A stretch of DNA of 64,000 nt from assembly GCF_009914755.1 (NCBI RefSeq), contig NC_060944.1, one strand, 5' to 3'. Shown here in pieces: positions 14,045 through 31,232 of the stretch. Origin of the DNA: the human T2T-CHM13v2.0 reference genome, Homo sapiens. Below the pieces are notes generated by a model. It had not been told where the DNA came from. It saw only the letters and a list, made by a program, of their open reading frames with translations, and ran no database searches. The position numbers and the translations under genes were made by a program. The first letter of the stretch is position 1, and every line of letters begins with the position of its first letter.

Positions 14045-15161
14045 TTTAGATCTTGCTGACTATTTTTCTTCTTCCGAGGGGGTTTCTTCTTCTTCGGTTT
14101 ATTTGCGTTGGTATTATTTTGCTTATTGTTTACCCCAAAATGGCCTGCAGATATGTCACTCTGCAATAAGTTGACCAACAATGGGCTCGTTAGCGTGACA
14201 TCCTTATTGACTGGGAAGCCTGGATTTTGACCACAGGACATCTGATTTCCATTGGGAGCTCCACTGAAAGGTGCATTGAAAGACATCCCATGGCCTGAGA
14301 AGTGGTTTCCCGAGGCACTGTTTCCCTGCATGGCCTGCACATGAGGGGGGACCATGTTGGTTTGTTGAATGCTAACATCAGGCATCATCTGAGATAAACT
14401 GACATCGTTATTTGCTGTAGTAGCAGGATCACCATGCTGCTGGGCCATGTGTGGGCTGGGCCCTGGTGGCCGCAGGACCTGTCCCTGAATGCCCATAACC
14501 TGAGATGGACTGTTGTTCACAGGCCCTTGCTGGGGCAGCATCTGTCCTGACATCTGTCCCGTAAACTGCACCATATTTCCTTGCATGTTCGGAGTTGGTC
14601 CCCTCATTATCTGGGCTGGTCCCGGCATGACATTGGACTGGTTCTGAGTGTTAAACTGCTGCTTATTCCCCTGCATTTGATTGGTCATAATCTGCTCTAT
14701 CATTGGGTTCTGTTGGAGCAAAACCTGCCCCTGAGGCCCCATCATCTGGTTATGTGGCGCCATCATTTGTGGGCCCTGCTGGGAAAGCATCTGCTTGGGT
14801 GGGGTCATCCTTTGGGGCGAGGGCCCAAGATTTTGGCTCGGGGGGTTCACCATCATCTGGCCCTGTGGCATAAGCTGGGCCCTTGAAAGGATCATAGGGT
14901 TCTGAGGGTTCAAGGTTCCTTGTTGCTGGACCATCTGGCCCTGGGAGGGCACGATTTGCTGGTGCATGCCCATCAGCTGAGATGGTGGGCCCTGCTGGGG
15001 CTGGCCTTGCATGTTGCTGAGGTTCACTTGAGGAACCCCAGAAGTACCAGCCTGCTGATTGTTCATGTTGCCATGAATTCCCATGAGGCTGGGCTGCATC
15101 ATATTTGGCGGCCCGTGGGACACCTGCATCTGGTTTTGAGGAGGACCAGCTCCTTGACCAC
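14045..15161 (-). CDS. NCOA6: NCOA6 coding exon, 1117 nt, with LXXLL-1 and basic cluster
   Basis: ORF 14041..15129; (T)13aag acceptor, AA|GTAGGT donor (phase 2). Confidence 0.97.
14065..14100 (-). other. NCOA6: Basic NLS-like motif KPKKKKPPRKKK
   Basis: Translation; NLS function is inferred. Confidence 0.7.
14164..14178 (-). other. NCOA6: LXXLL nuclear-receptor box 1 (LVNLL)
   Basis: TSPLLVNLLQSD in translation. Confidence 0.9.
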
Positions 15162-15456
15162 CTTAAAAAAAAAAAAAGTCACAGTTTCAGAAATAAATAT
15201 TTTTATCTTATTGGTATTAAGATACTCAAGTTACATTACTCAGAAAGACATCCATCACCCTTATATCCACTGACCAACATAAATATGCTGTTGACATACT
15301 TCCTGTGAGTTTTCTAAACTACAAAGATGTGGCTGTGGGATAACTGCTTACATTCCCAATGACCATATAATAGAGAAGGAGAAACAGTTTCTACATTCCC
15401 ATATGGTATCTTAAAGATTTAACATTTCAAAGATCAAGAAAGTTTACTTTCTTTCA

Positions 15457-15660
<204 letters not shown>

Positions 15661-15730
15661 TTAAATTAAATTAAATTCAAAAAGCACTATGGGCTACTGA
15701 AATAACTCTGCTATAAGAATGTGAAGTGTC

Positions 15731-16068
<338 letters not shown>

Positions 16069-16546
16069 ATGTGAAGTGTCCTCTTAGGAAAACCTCAACA
16101 ATCATGAGAAGACATTTAAAAATGCTTCTTGGAAAACTGTAATAATAATGACTCTCAAAAGCTATGTGTGTGATATGTGGATGCTGCACTTCAAAGAAAA
16201 TAACACCAAGGACAGGTGTCCTCTGCCCTGATGTGGTAAAAAGCAGTTAATCTTGATCTGGAAGCTGAGCCTCTGGTGGGAGCCAACTGACTAGATGACC
16301 CATCTGGAAGCTGCAAATAGAGGAATAATAAAACCTCAGTGACCCTCTCCTGCGCAGTCCCTGGTGAATCATGTGGCACATGTTTTAGTCTTCTCAGCTA
16401 TTTCTAACTTAGACAAAAGTTGCTACCCGCCTTGCTGTAGTGCTTATTTATTTACTGGGTCTTTGGGATTTTCCTATAGCTACTTGCATTATCTCCCCGT
16501 TTAACTGAATAACTTTGTAGTTAATTTTGTCCCTTTTATTTTTCAC

Positions 16547-16825
16547 TTTTTTTGTTGTTTTGTTTTTGAGACAGAATCTGGCTCTGGTGCAACCTCGGCT
16601 CATTGCAACCTCCACCTCCTGGGTTCAAGTGATTTTCATGCCTCAGCCTCCCCAGTAGCTGAAACTAGAAGCGCACAACAACACACCCGGCTAATTTTTG
16701 TATTTTCAGTAGAGACAGGGTTTCAGCATGTTGGTCAGGCTGGTCTCGAACTGCTGACCTCAGGTGATCCACCCGCCTTGGCCTCCCAAAGTGCTGGGAT
16801 TACAGGCTGAGCCACCGCACTTGGC
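16547..16825 (-). mobile_element. AluS-like
   Basis: Reverse Alu; TSD-like ttatttttcactttt. Confidence 0.92.
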
Positions 16826-17039
16826 CTTATTTTTCACTTTTAAATGGGGACTAGAAAATCCCCTACAATGAAGTTATGAAGCCAGTCCATGCTCCAACTA
16901 TGAAGGCAGGGGGCAAACTACCTTGTTCACACTATCCAGACTTCTCCTGAACTCTAAGGAAGATTTTCTAAACCAGCCTTATAAACTCAAAGTGGAACTC
17001 CATGACCATTGTATATGCTTGTATACAATAAATATACTG

Positions 17040-17290
17040 TGTATATTCATTCAACTGACAATTATTCATTAAGTACCTGATACATAGAAGGCACTTTGGT
17101 GCTGAGGTAACATCAATAAACAAGACAGACCAAATCCCTGCATCCTTGGAGCCTACAGTCTAACTGGCAAGAGACACAATTAACAAACAGACAAGTATTT
17201 TTTCAGGAAGCAGTAAAAGCTAACAAGAGAAAGTAGGGTGAGAGAAGAGAAAGTAAGAGATAAGAGTAGAGCTACTTTAGATAGGATAAA
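17040..17290 (-). mobile_element. L2 3' fragment
   Basis: cattcaac...attaagtacct...aataaacaagacagaccaaatccctg. Confidence 0.65.
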
Positions 17291-17316
17291 TGGGGAAACC
17301 AAAACATGTACACGTG

Positions 17317-18360
<1,044 letters not shown>

Positions 18361-18954
18361 CATGAATTCATATAACTCAGGAATGCAGTTTTGCATTAGC
18401 AGATAGAGAAATTCAAGCAGTTTGCACTACCCTTCTGTTACCCTGCCAGAAATAGTGTGAACTTTTTTTGTAAAAGTCAGATTTTTGTCTCATTCCTTAG
18501 TGATTTACAATTAAAGTTGGAGTCACATTACTAAATTAACTCCAGGAGGGATGGAAATTCAGAAACTAGTTGCACTATCTCAGTCCAAACTGCTTCAATG
18601 AGAAAGGGTAAGAGGATTAGTCATGTGGTCCTTAAGCAACCAGAAACATGAAGTTTGAGCTTATACATTACTGCTTTGCAAATACTTTTTAGCCATTCCC
18701 CTGTATCTTATTTCCTCTCCAAAATTTCTTCTTTTTGCAGTACACTGTTGGTAGTAAACGTGAACTGATGAAGTTTGAAAAATATCACACTGTAAACCAG
18801 AATTCAGACACTCAGCATAAACAAAGCTTAACATGTACCACGTAGAGATTTAAAAAGTTGCAGTTGTCCAAACATGCCTCCATGCCTTTGTGTCTGTGGT
18901 TTTCATTTGCCAGAAATGCCTTTTTGCCTTTTACTACCTGAGCAAGCTCTAACT

Positions 18955-19164
18955 CAGGGGTCAGCAAACTATGGCCCTCTGCTGGTCTGTAAATAAACAA
19001 GTGTTTGGAATGCTACCATGCTTGTTTGTTTATGTATTGTCTATGGCTACTTTCTGTGCTATCATAACAAAGTTGAGTAGCTCCAACAAGAGACTATATA
19101 ACCTGAAAAGCCAAGAATATTTACTATCTGCCCCTTCAGAGAAAAAAAATACTGCTGATTCCTG
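18955..19164 (+). mobile_element. MER58-like DNA transposon
   Basis: caggggtcagcaaact...tgctgattcctg terminal inverted repeats. Confidence 0.8.
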
Positions 19165-19391
19165 CTCTAACTCAAGTTCCATCTCCTCTTAGATGTTTCT
19201 GAGTTCCTGTGACATTTTACCTACTTTTGATATATTGACAAAAGTTACTGCCCTGAAAGAATAATTATTTATGGGCTTGAAATTAAGGGGAGAGACCAAG
19301 ACTTACTACTTATCTGTATACTCCTGTTGTCTATCAAGTCTACGACACAATGCTCAATAAATGCTGGCTAAACAAATCACAGAAAACAAAC

Positions 19392-19538
19392 CTGCATGCT
19401 GGACATTTTGATTTGCTTGCAGCTGAGGGGCTCCTGAATTCCCAGGGGTGGTTGCTGTGGTCGAAGGCACCTGACCTTGCATAAAGTTCGGATTGGCCTG
19501 TCCTGCTGAGAAGCCAGGTGGGAGGCGTTTAGGCATTC
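19392..19538 (-). CDS. NCOA6: NCOA6 coding exon, 147 nt (GMPKRLPPG...VQHA)
   Basis: ttttctattaag acceptor, CAG|GTTTGT donor; ORF 19354..19536. Confidence 0.96.
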
Positions 19539-20394
19539 CTTAATAGAAAACAATGAGTAAGGCAGTTACCTAGCAAATTTATACTCTTGCTTAGATATGG
19601 AATGAATAAGGAAGGATGAGCTGCATGAAGTCTCCACTGGCTTAGCTCTCTCTGTCACACTGGTAGGATCTTTAATAATAAGGTTGGGAAAGATGGTTAA
19701 AAAAATCAACACAATCTCTTATATGAGGCATTGTCAAAATGAAAAATAAATACTAAAAAACTTACACTTAGAACATGCCAAGGAAAAGATGGCAATCTGC
19801 TCCCTAAATGTGATCTGAGGCCACGCCACAGCAAGGTTTGAGGGCTCACTTTTCTCTGTAATTAACAATGGACCCCAAAACTTTAGTTATTTTAACACAG
19901 GCACCAAAGGAATATGCTAAATTCTCTCATTTCAAACAAATTGATGTGAAATAGTATAAAACAAAGAGATGGGTCCTGATATTAAGGATAGATTGATTAT
20001 TTTTCCTTTGAGGGAAACTGATGACAATCTCCTTTGCAGAAAATTTCCCCCCATTATTGCGCTTGTCTCTTTGGAAGAGACAGGAGATTAGAAACAGTTC
20101 ATGGGAGCTTCAAAGTGATGCTGTATTAAATCATTATGCTTTCCCCTCATAAGGTTTGCTGTGATTCTGACAGGTTTGGTACCAAAAACCATACTCTAAT
20201 GGAATCTTTCTCAAGTATCAGTTCCTTTTTGGAAGGGCTAATTTTAGAAAACTTGTAATAAGGAGAATCTCAGAACCCACTTATCATTTACAACACAGGC
20301 CTTGATGTGGCCAGATCACCTAGGTGAGCATATCATCTGCTCTATGAAAGCATCAAGACCTAAACTCACTTAAAAATTTATTACATTCATTCAT

Positions 20395-20706
20395 TTATTT
20401 ATTTACTTTTATTTTTATTTTTTGAGATGGAGTCTCGCTCTGTTGCCCAGGCTGGAGTGTGGTGGAGCAATCTCAGCGCACTGCAACCTCCTCCTCCCAG
20501 GTTCAAGCAATCCTCCCTGCCTCAGCCTCCCAAGTAGCTGGGATTACAGGTGTGCACCACCACACCCAGCTAATTTTTGTATTTTTAGTAGAGACGGGGT
20601 TTCACCATGTTGGCCAGGCTGGTCTCGAACTCCTGACCTCAGGTTATCTGCCCGCCTTGGCCTCCCAAAGTGCTGGGATTACAGGCGTGAGCCACTGCGC
20701 CTGGCC
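20395..20706 (-). mobile_element. AluS-like
   Basis: Reverse Alu. Confidence 0.95.
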
Positions 20707-21889
20707 ATTTATTTTTTTAAGGGCCAAATTTTCAATGTCCTGAAAAACTCTTAGTAGACAAATATGCATTTGTCCTTTCTTTAACAGTGACAAGTCCCAT
20801 TTGCATGCTCCCACTGTAATTAAATCAGTAATCACATTTGCAGGAGGGACTACCCAGCTTCCACTGATCTGGGGTAGATACCCAGAACAGTGAAATTTGG
20901 AGCTGAAACATCCTTGCATTTTCTAAGAACTTCTTACAATTCAAATATTAGAGCCTGCATGTCAGCAAAATTAATTACAAGAGAGTAAAAGGCTGATGAG
21001 CAACTTAACTTCATCAGAAACCATGGGAACATGCCTTTGCTATGTTGCACTAAAGATGCAAGGGGTTTTTTCTGGGTAGGCAATGGGTGTCTTTTGGTGG
21101 GGAGTATGTTTATCAGATGACAGTATTACTGATACTCTATACCTTACTGAAAAGCTCCAAGCACATTCATGTGCACTAGATCAATGATTAATAAGAATAA
21201 ATAATAAACATGGAGATGGATAAGTTTTACTGTAATCGTTTTACCTCTCACACATTAAGCTCCATTGCTTTTTCTTCATACAAGAGGCACCTTACAAAAT
21301 AAATAAATAAATCTCCTTTAGGTATAACTGGTGGAATTCCCTCTCTAAGGAGCAGGCATTGGCATTATAAAACTATAAAAGTCAATGATTTCTGAACTTA
21401 TTCCCCTTTAATACTTTAACCAAACTTAACAAGTACCATGCTTACTATTTTATTAACTAGGATTATCAAAATTGATAACTAAAAGGGCCTTTTCTTCAAT
21501 GAGACCCTGTTCTTTTTATTTTGCTCTATTGCATAATCTTAATTTTTCAGCAACTGAGAAGTTTAAATTGTTAACAAAATGCATTTTTCTTCTGGACATT
21601 TTAATTTACTAGTACAAGATCAAGCAAAAATAATTTGAAAAACAAAATGAACATCTCTACATTGAATTTTACCTGAATTTTAGTCCAGAGAGCTAGCTTA
21701 AATTTAACCAGTAAGATGCTGCATAACGTATCAAGTTAACTTTAAGTTATATCAAGTGTCACCACCATATCCACAAAACCAAATAATTATATCCTTACTC
21801 CACTCCCTCCATTAACTCTAAAAACTGAAGTTCTACTAAGATCTAGCTCCAGCAAATTTACCAACACAAATAGCTACAGTGTTCCTCAC

Positions 21890-22569
21890 CTCCTAGGCCT
21901 GGATGTAAACTCTGTGGCCCCTGGTTTGGTGGTTGCTGCTGCATCACCATGAAGTTAGGTGGCACATTTCCCTGTTGAACCATAGGATTCCGACCCGGAG
22001 AGCTGACAGGCTGCTGAAATCCCTGGGGAAGTGGGTTATTTTGAGGTGGCCTTGGTCCCATCTGCTGCTGAGTTTGGTTAACCGTTGGGGAGGATGCAGG
22101 GGATCCCTGCTGGAAGGAGGAGGGTGAGGAGGCAGGAGACTTGTTGGTGAGGTGGGGCTGCTGCAAGGGAGTTGGGACCCTAGAGGGCCCTCCCTGCAAA
22201 CTCTTCATCTGAGGAGCTGTGAACTGGCCTGGGTTGCTCATCTGAGGAAAGTTTGTGTGGGCTTGTGAGGCTTGCTGGCTGCCAAAGGGATATGGAGGGG
22301 GAGGGTGGGAAGGCGTCTGTACCGTGGCTAAGGATGGTCTTGCCTGGAGTTGCTGTTGCATTGGGCCGGGCAAGGGAGCCTTCTTCCACCCTTGGTTTGC
22401 AGTCATTGTGCCCAGAGAACCCTGGGCTGGAGGAGGTTGAAGGGCTCCAGAAGGCAGCTGGTTCCAGCCTGGAGGAACAGGCACCTGAGTTGGGGCAGTA
22501 AACTGGGGTCGAATTCCCTGTGGCTGTTGCTGCTGATGTTGCTGTGGGGGTCTTGCCTGCAACTGTTGT

Positions 22570-22611
<42 letters not shown>

Positions 22612-22774
22612 TGTTGTTGTTGTTGCTGCTGCTGCTGCAGCTGGGGAAAATTAGCTGGGTTCATTTGTCTGTTCACAGAGACAGGCTGCATTGGGTGATG
22701 TGGGGGAGCTAAAGATCCTGAGGGATGACTTTGCTGCTGTATATGGAGCCCAGAGAGGAGTGGATCCATTGCAT
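21890..22774 (-). CDS. NCOA6: NCOA6 coding exon, 885 nt, Q/P-rich with polyQ
   Basis: ORF 21858..22769; aaacag acceptor, GAG|GTGAGG donor. Confidence 0.97.
22563..22637 (-). repeat. Coding CAG/CAA repeat, 25 Gln
   Basis: (CAG)4(CAA)4(CAG)8(CAA)2 CAG CAA (CAG)2(CAA)2 CAG. Confidence 0.97.
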
Positions 22775-23474
22775 CTGTTTAAAGATAGTCAACAAAGCAA
22801 TAATTAACCTACTGCAATCTAGATCTTAGAGAAGTGGCCTTTGTAATTCTGGATATACAGAGCAAAATCTGCTGGTACTATTCGATAAAATAAATGCTTG
22901 TGAATACCTTCTACGTATGAAGCAACATACCAAGATGATGAATTCTGTCTTAAAAAGAGCTTGGTCAGTAGTGGACATTAAGAGCGAAGTGTAAAACATG
23001 GAGACCAGTATTTACCAAATCATATTCTGGAGAACTATGTTAATTAGCATTATAAGAAAACAAAACAATTAGGTTTGGGAAACACTGAACCTAACAAACT
23101 TAGATGCGTTTCTTCACTGTAGGACTTTCAGTGCCTCCAATATGTTACTTTTGAATCTCCAGGAGGGAGGGTAAAGAATGATGCATTTACCAAATTTACT
23201 TGACTACAGAATTCTATGTAATGAGCATCTTGCAGGACTACGCAGGCCAAGGCACACTTTTAGAAATGTTGGGGTATAATTGATAAGAAAACAATGAGAA
23301 ATTCTGAAAAGAAAATAATGACATTTAGTTTGAAGAAATCAGGTCAGATTTTGTAAAGAAGGTTGACATTGTGAGTTTGGAAATTAGAAATTCAGCATCA
23401 GAGATAACTGAATTTTATAATGATCTGTGCAGAAAGTTTCAGACTCTTCATCCTCAAAGATTGGAAGTCATTAC

Positions 23475-23603
23475 CTGACTGAGAAGCAGGGCGAGGAGTC
23501 CTGGGCTGCAGCTCTGGATTGGGGCCTGGTGCCATCATGGAAGATGACACATTTCCACCCGGGGGTATCATAACAGTGGCAGGGTTGTTCATCCTTATTA
23601 TTC
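23475..23603 (-). CDS. NCOA6: NCOA6 coding exon, 129 nt (GIIRMNNP...PASQS)
   Basis: tttttctag acceptor, CAG|GTAATG donor; inside ORF 23398..23646. Confidence 0.96.
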
Positions 23604-23699
23604 CTAGAAAAAAGATCCCTAAAATAGAGTACTGGAATTGGCACAATTTTTGTTTTTTAATGAGTTATTTCAAGAATATGAAAAGATATGGAAAATTTG

Positions 23700-24009
23700 T
23701 TTTTTTTTTTTTGACAGGGTCTCGCTCTGTTGCCCAGTCTGCCAAGTGGCACAATCACAGCTCACTGCCATCTCGACTTCCCGGGCCCAAGTGATCCTTC
23801 TGAGTCAGCCTCCCAAATAGCTGGGACCATGGGCACATGCCACTGGGACCACAGGCACACACCACTGTGCCCAGCTAATCGTTCTATATTTTATAGAGAT
23901 GGGGTCGCTATGTTGCCTAGGCTGGTCTCAAATTCCTGGGCTCAAGCGATCCTCCAGCCCAGCCCTCCCAAAGTGCTGGGACTACAGGCGTGAGCTACTG
24001 CACCCGGCC
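23700..24009 (-). mobile_element. AluJ-like with small internal duplication
   Basis: Reverse Alu; ctgggacca...ctgggacca repeated. Confidence 0.9.
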
Positions 24010-24663
24010 TGGAAGTTTCTACACCCACCATCTACCTTTTTAAAATTTAAAAAATTTGCTCTTATGTCCTTCAGATATATATGTAGATACAGCAGAAGCC
24101 CTACTCCTTCCATTCCACTTCCTCCCTCTTATTGCAATTGTGGTTAACAGTTCTGTTCTTGTTTATTGACCTTTTCTGTATCTGTAGGTAAACTGCACTT
24201 TTTCTGTAGATAAACATTTTTTGTATGCTTTTAATCTTTGTATAAATGGCACCTTACTATATGCATTCTTTGTCAGCTTCCTTTTTCACTTAATGTATTT
24301 TTTGAGATTCATCTCTCTTGACTGTTATAAGGGTTCCATTGTATAGAAGCATATATCCACCCTTCTGCTGATGAATACTAAGGTTTTATTTTTCCTTTAT
24401 TCTTATAATTTTGCAATGTTGTGTATTTGTCATGAATTCTTGTGGATACATGAGAGTGTCTTTAGACTATATATTTAGAATTGCTAGGTTTTAAAGTCTA
24501 AGCATCTTTAATTTTACTAGATATTGGTAAACTGCTCTCAAAAGTGGTTATACCAATTTATACTCAAACTAGCAGTTTGAGAACTCCTCTTTCTCCATAT
24601 CTGAAAATTTCTGATACTGCTAAACTTTTCAGAATTTATCATCTATGCTCCTAAGTGAGAATA

Positions 24664-24957
<294 letters not shown>

Positions 24958-25606
24958 TGACAACGCCTATACTTATTCTCTTTTCCTTTCCTTGGCTACA
25001 GAATTCTCTGTCATGGAGCATCTTGCAGGACTAAGTTGGCCAAAGCACACTTTTAGGAATGTTGAGGTATGAATAAGAGAACAATGAAAAATTCTAAAAA
25101 GAAAATGATGACATTTAGCTTGAAGGGCAGATTTTGTGACATTTTGATTTTTGGCATCGAGGTGAAAATAACCTCAAAATGAGTTGGAAAGCATCTTTCT
25201 TCTTTTTCTATGCTCTGGAAGAATGTGTGTATCTGTTCTTTAAATGTCTGAGAAAACTTTCCTGTAAAACCATCTGGGCCTATAGGTCATACTAATTGAT
25301 TTACAGGGAAACAGATTTTTATTTCAATTTCTTAAATGGCTATAGACTTTTCAAGTTTTCAATGTCTTACTGTCAATTTTTATTAAATTATAATTTTGCC
25401 AACACTAAAATTTATTAGCATAGTTAATTGTGGAATATATTTTTTCTATTCTTTTTAAAAAATGATATATAATTCATATACTATAATATTCACCTTTTAA
25501 AATTTGTACTTTTTTCATTCTTTACATTGTTTGTGCCCTCTTTTTTTCCTTGGTGGTCTTAGCACATTCATCAGTTTTAGCTGTCCTTTCAAAGAAACAT
25601 CTTTTG

Positions 25607-25804
25607 GGCCAGGCACGGTGGCTGACACCTGTAATCCCAGCACTTTGGGAGGCTGAGGCAGGTAGATCACTTGAGATCAGGGGTTCGAGATCAGCCTGGC
25701 CAACATGGTAAAACCCCTGTCTCTAGTAAAAATACAAAAATTAGCTGGGCGTGGTGGTGGGCGCCTGTAATCCCAGCTACTCAGGAGGCTGAGGCAGGAG
25801 AATC
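25607..25804 (+). mobile_element. 3'-truncated, tail-less Alu
   Basis: Stops at ggcaggagaatc. Confidence 0.9.
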
Positions 25805-26294
25805 TTTTGGTTTTGCTGTTCTGTTGTTTTTTTGATTCATATTTTACTTATCTCTATTCTTATCTGTATTATTTCCCTCATAACTTACAGCTCTGCTCAA
25901 TTCTTAAGTCAGACACTTAGCTTGTTAATTTTCAGTTGGTGTTCTTTCTTAATATAAATTTCTGAAGGCTTAACATTTCTTTGAAGTGTTGTATTGGCTA
26001 CATCTCACACATTTCAGTATATATTATTCTCATAATTCCATTCTAAATATTGTCTAATTTCCATCAGGATTGCTTTTTTAAATCACTAAGTATTTATAAT
26101 GCATTTTTACGTTTCCAAAAATATGAGATATTTTGGTTATGCTTTTTTTTTTTTGCCACTGACTTAACCTAACAGCACTATGGTCAGAGAACAGAATCTA
26201 TGTGATATTAATATTTGGTATTTACTGAAACGTGCTCTTGGAATAATCCTTGGTCAGTTTGTATAAATTTTCCATTTATGCTTGGAAATATTAA

Positions 26295-26620
<326 letters not shown>

Positions 26621-28704
26621 TGACTGCATGGTTTCTATATATGTCCATTATATAAAAAGTATTTTGTTATTCAAGCTCTCCTTTATCCTTACTAATTTTT
26701 TACAAACTTGGCCATCAATTACTCACAGAGGTGTATTAAATCTCCCCTAAGGTTTGCTGTTTACATGCAATTCTTAAATGTCTTGAGGCTAGGTTGTTAA
26801 ATACATAAGAGTTTAGCAACTTCCTGGTGAATTTTTCCTTTTACATTATATAGTGGCCCTATATACCTTCAGTGATGCTGTTTATTTTAATGTCTGCTTT
26901 ATCTGGTAAAAATATTATTATGCTTTTCTTGGTTAATAATCACCTTGTTAATCTTTCTATCTTTCTAACTTTGAACCTTCTGAGTCCTTATATTTTATGT
27001 GTTTCCTGTAACAGCACATAGGTAAACCTGAGAATACTATTCTGATTAATCATTTCCTTTTTATCAGTGTTCATAATCCATTTACCTTTATTGTTTACTA
27101 GTATATTTTGATTTTTTTGTCATTTTATGATTTCTATTTACCCTTTTTTTCTATTCTGTTTTCCTATTTTCCTGAATTTTACTGGATTAATTTTTTTTCA
27201 TCATGGTCATCCTCTTTAATCCTCCACTACTAGTTTAGAAGTTATATATTCCATTCATATTATTTTACTGGTATCTTTAAAATGTCAGCAGACATACCTG
27301 ACTTAAAGTTTAAAGACATATATGATCATCATTATTACTAAATAAGTCAATGCTTATTTAGATTTACCCCATGCTTATCAATTATTTAGCTCACCATTCC
27401 TTCTTAGATCTTATTTCTTCCATCTTAGGTTCAATTTTCTTCTTCCTGAAGTACATCCTTGAGCAGTTCAATTAGCAAGGGTCTGTTAATGGTAAATTCT
27501 CTTAGTCTCTTTGAAAAGCTCTTTATTTCATACTACTCTTGATAGTATAGCTATGTTTAAAATTCTAGGCTGTCAATTATATCCTCAGCACTTTGAAAAA
27601 ATTATTCCAATGCTTCCTGGCCTCCAATGCTGCTGTTGAGAAATCAAGAAAAGCTGATAGTCTTTCCTTTGTAAATAATACGTCTTTTCTTTTGGGTTGC
27701 TTTTAACATTCTGTTTTTCAATGTTCTGTAGCTTTACAATATTGTGTCTAGATGTAGTTTTATTTTTATTTTGTAGTGCTCAGGAATACTGGGCTTCTGA
27801 ATCTGAGGACTTACGTCTTTCATCCATTCTGGAAAAAATTTTAGCCATTCTCTCTTTGACTGTCATCCCTCCTCAATTTCTTTATCTTCTTCAGGAACTC
27901 TTTTCAAACATATGTTAAACCTTCTCATTTTATTCTTCTTGTCTCTTGACCTCTTTCATATTTCCATCTCTTTTTCTCTGCGCATCCTGAGTGATTTATT
28001 CAAATTCACCTTCCAATCCACCTATTTCTAATTTGCTGAATAAGTTATCCACTTTGATGATTTTTAAATTTCTGTAAGTTCTGTTCCCCCCATCTCTCCT
28101 TATGTTTGATAGTGTCTTGTTTTCTTATGATTCTCATAATTGTTAATACTCTGACATTCCTATTACCTAAAATTTTAGAGGGAGGGAATCTAATCCTAAA
28201 TTGTATAAATTCAGAATATAAGCTCATTTATATCAGGCTTTAACTAGGAGAAGTATGCAATGACTTGGGTTGAGAAAATACGCCCCTCCACAGCTTCAAC
28301 AGTTATCACCAGTCTAGACCTACCTAATGTTAATGACTTAGCCTGGCTATTAATGGGTATTCACTAACATATCAAATGTCCAAAATGCAAGAGGGTAGAG
28401 AAGACAATTCCACAACACCCATTCTCCCACCTAACGTCTAGAGCCCCAGCGAACACAGACAAATTTCCCATTAATTTCCCTATGCCAGAGAGTGACATTT
28501 TCCTAATCTATCTTTCACTGAAAATTCTGGCTTCATGAAGAATTCTGAATTCTAACTTGCTTCTTCCTGTTGACCCAAGGCTTTATCTTCTATCCCTTCC
28601 CGGCCATTAAAACCCAAATGCTTTGGACCCTGCAGAATCTCATTTGTTTACTGCCGTTTAAATATTCACCTTTGACATTTTTTTTTTTTTTTTTTTTGCC
28701 CTAG

Positions 28705-30124
<1,420 letters not shown>

Positions 30125-30249
30125 GAAACAGGTCTTCTTGGTCCATAATGAGCTTCCTAATCCCAGAAAATTTCAAGTATATGCTGACTACATGTTCAAT
30201 AGTGACACTATAACATGCATTCCAGTACTAGATGGGAATCTGCACAAGA

Positions 30250-30470
30250 TCCAAGGTTCTCACCTAGGGGAAATTTTGTCCCCTGGGGGACATTTGGTAA
30301 TGTCTGGAGACATTTTAAGTGGCACAAATGCAGGGAAGTAGTGGTGCTACTGGCATCTGGTGGGTAGAAGCCAGGGATGCTACTAAACATCCCACAACAC
30401 ACAGGACAGCCTCCCACAGCAAAAAATTATTGGCCCCAAACATCAATAGTGTTGAAGTTGAGAAACTTGA
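30250..30470 (+). mobile_element. MER20 DNA transposon
   Basis: ggttctca...gggacatttggtaatgtctggagacatttt...gttgagaaac. Confidence 0.85.
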
Positions 30471-30995
30471 ATTAAATGACTACTATAGTATCCCCACAAA
30501 TCTTGGAATTCTATAAGGCTATGAAAAAAAACAGGCTATGGATTTAGTTTTAGTTGCAAAAGACTCTTGCTTATTAGCTAACTTTCTGTTGCCCATGCTA
30601 AGAGAAGAAAGCAGTACTAAGAATAATTGAAAAACCAACTGTTGTAGATACACAGTTCTAAAGTTACTTATTATTGTTTTAGAGGGGATTTAAGGTCTCT
30701 TTCCCTAGAAAAATTTAGCTGTTCAGTTTAACCTAATATTAAACTTTGTTTGCATCCTTCAAGTCTCAATAGACAACAGAGAAAAGCAATCCTAAAATAT
30801 GCTTGGCAGTAAAGAGAGATATCTTGGGGGTTAAGATGTTACTGTTACTACAGGTCATTACTAATTGATTATTCCTGAAACTTTATACTATATACATTAT
30901 CACAATCTGAGTCCTTCATTAAATACCAATCTAATCTGATTTCAACCTAAAGCTTCTCAGTTTCCTAGGTTGATAATCAACTATAGCACTATAAT

Positions 30996-31232
30996 TGGCT
31001 GGGTACGGTGGCTCAGTTCATGCCTGTAATCCCAGCACTTTGGGAGGCTGAGGTGGGCAGATCACTTGAGCCCAGGAGTTCAACCAGCCTGGTCAACATG
31101 GCAAAACCCTGTCTCTACAAAAAACAATACAAAACAAAACAAAAATAAGCCGGGTGTGGTAGTGCACGCCTGTAGTCCCAGCTACTGCAGGGCTGAGACA
31201 GGAGGAACACTTGACCCTGTCTCAAAAAAAAA
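30996..31232 (+). mobile_element. Alu with right-arm deletion
   Basis: TSD agcactataatt. Confidence 0.88.
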
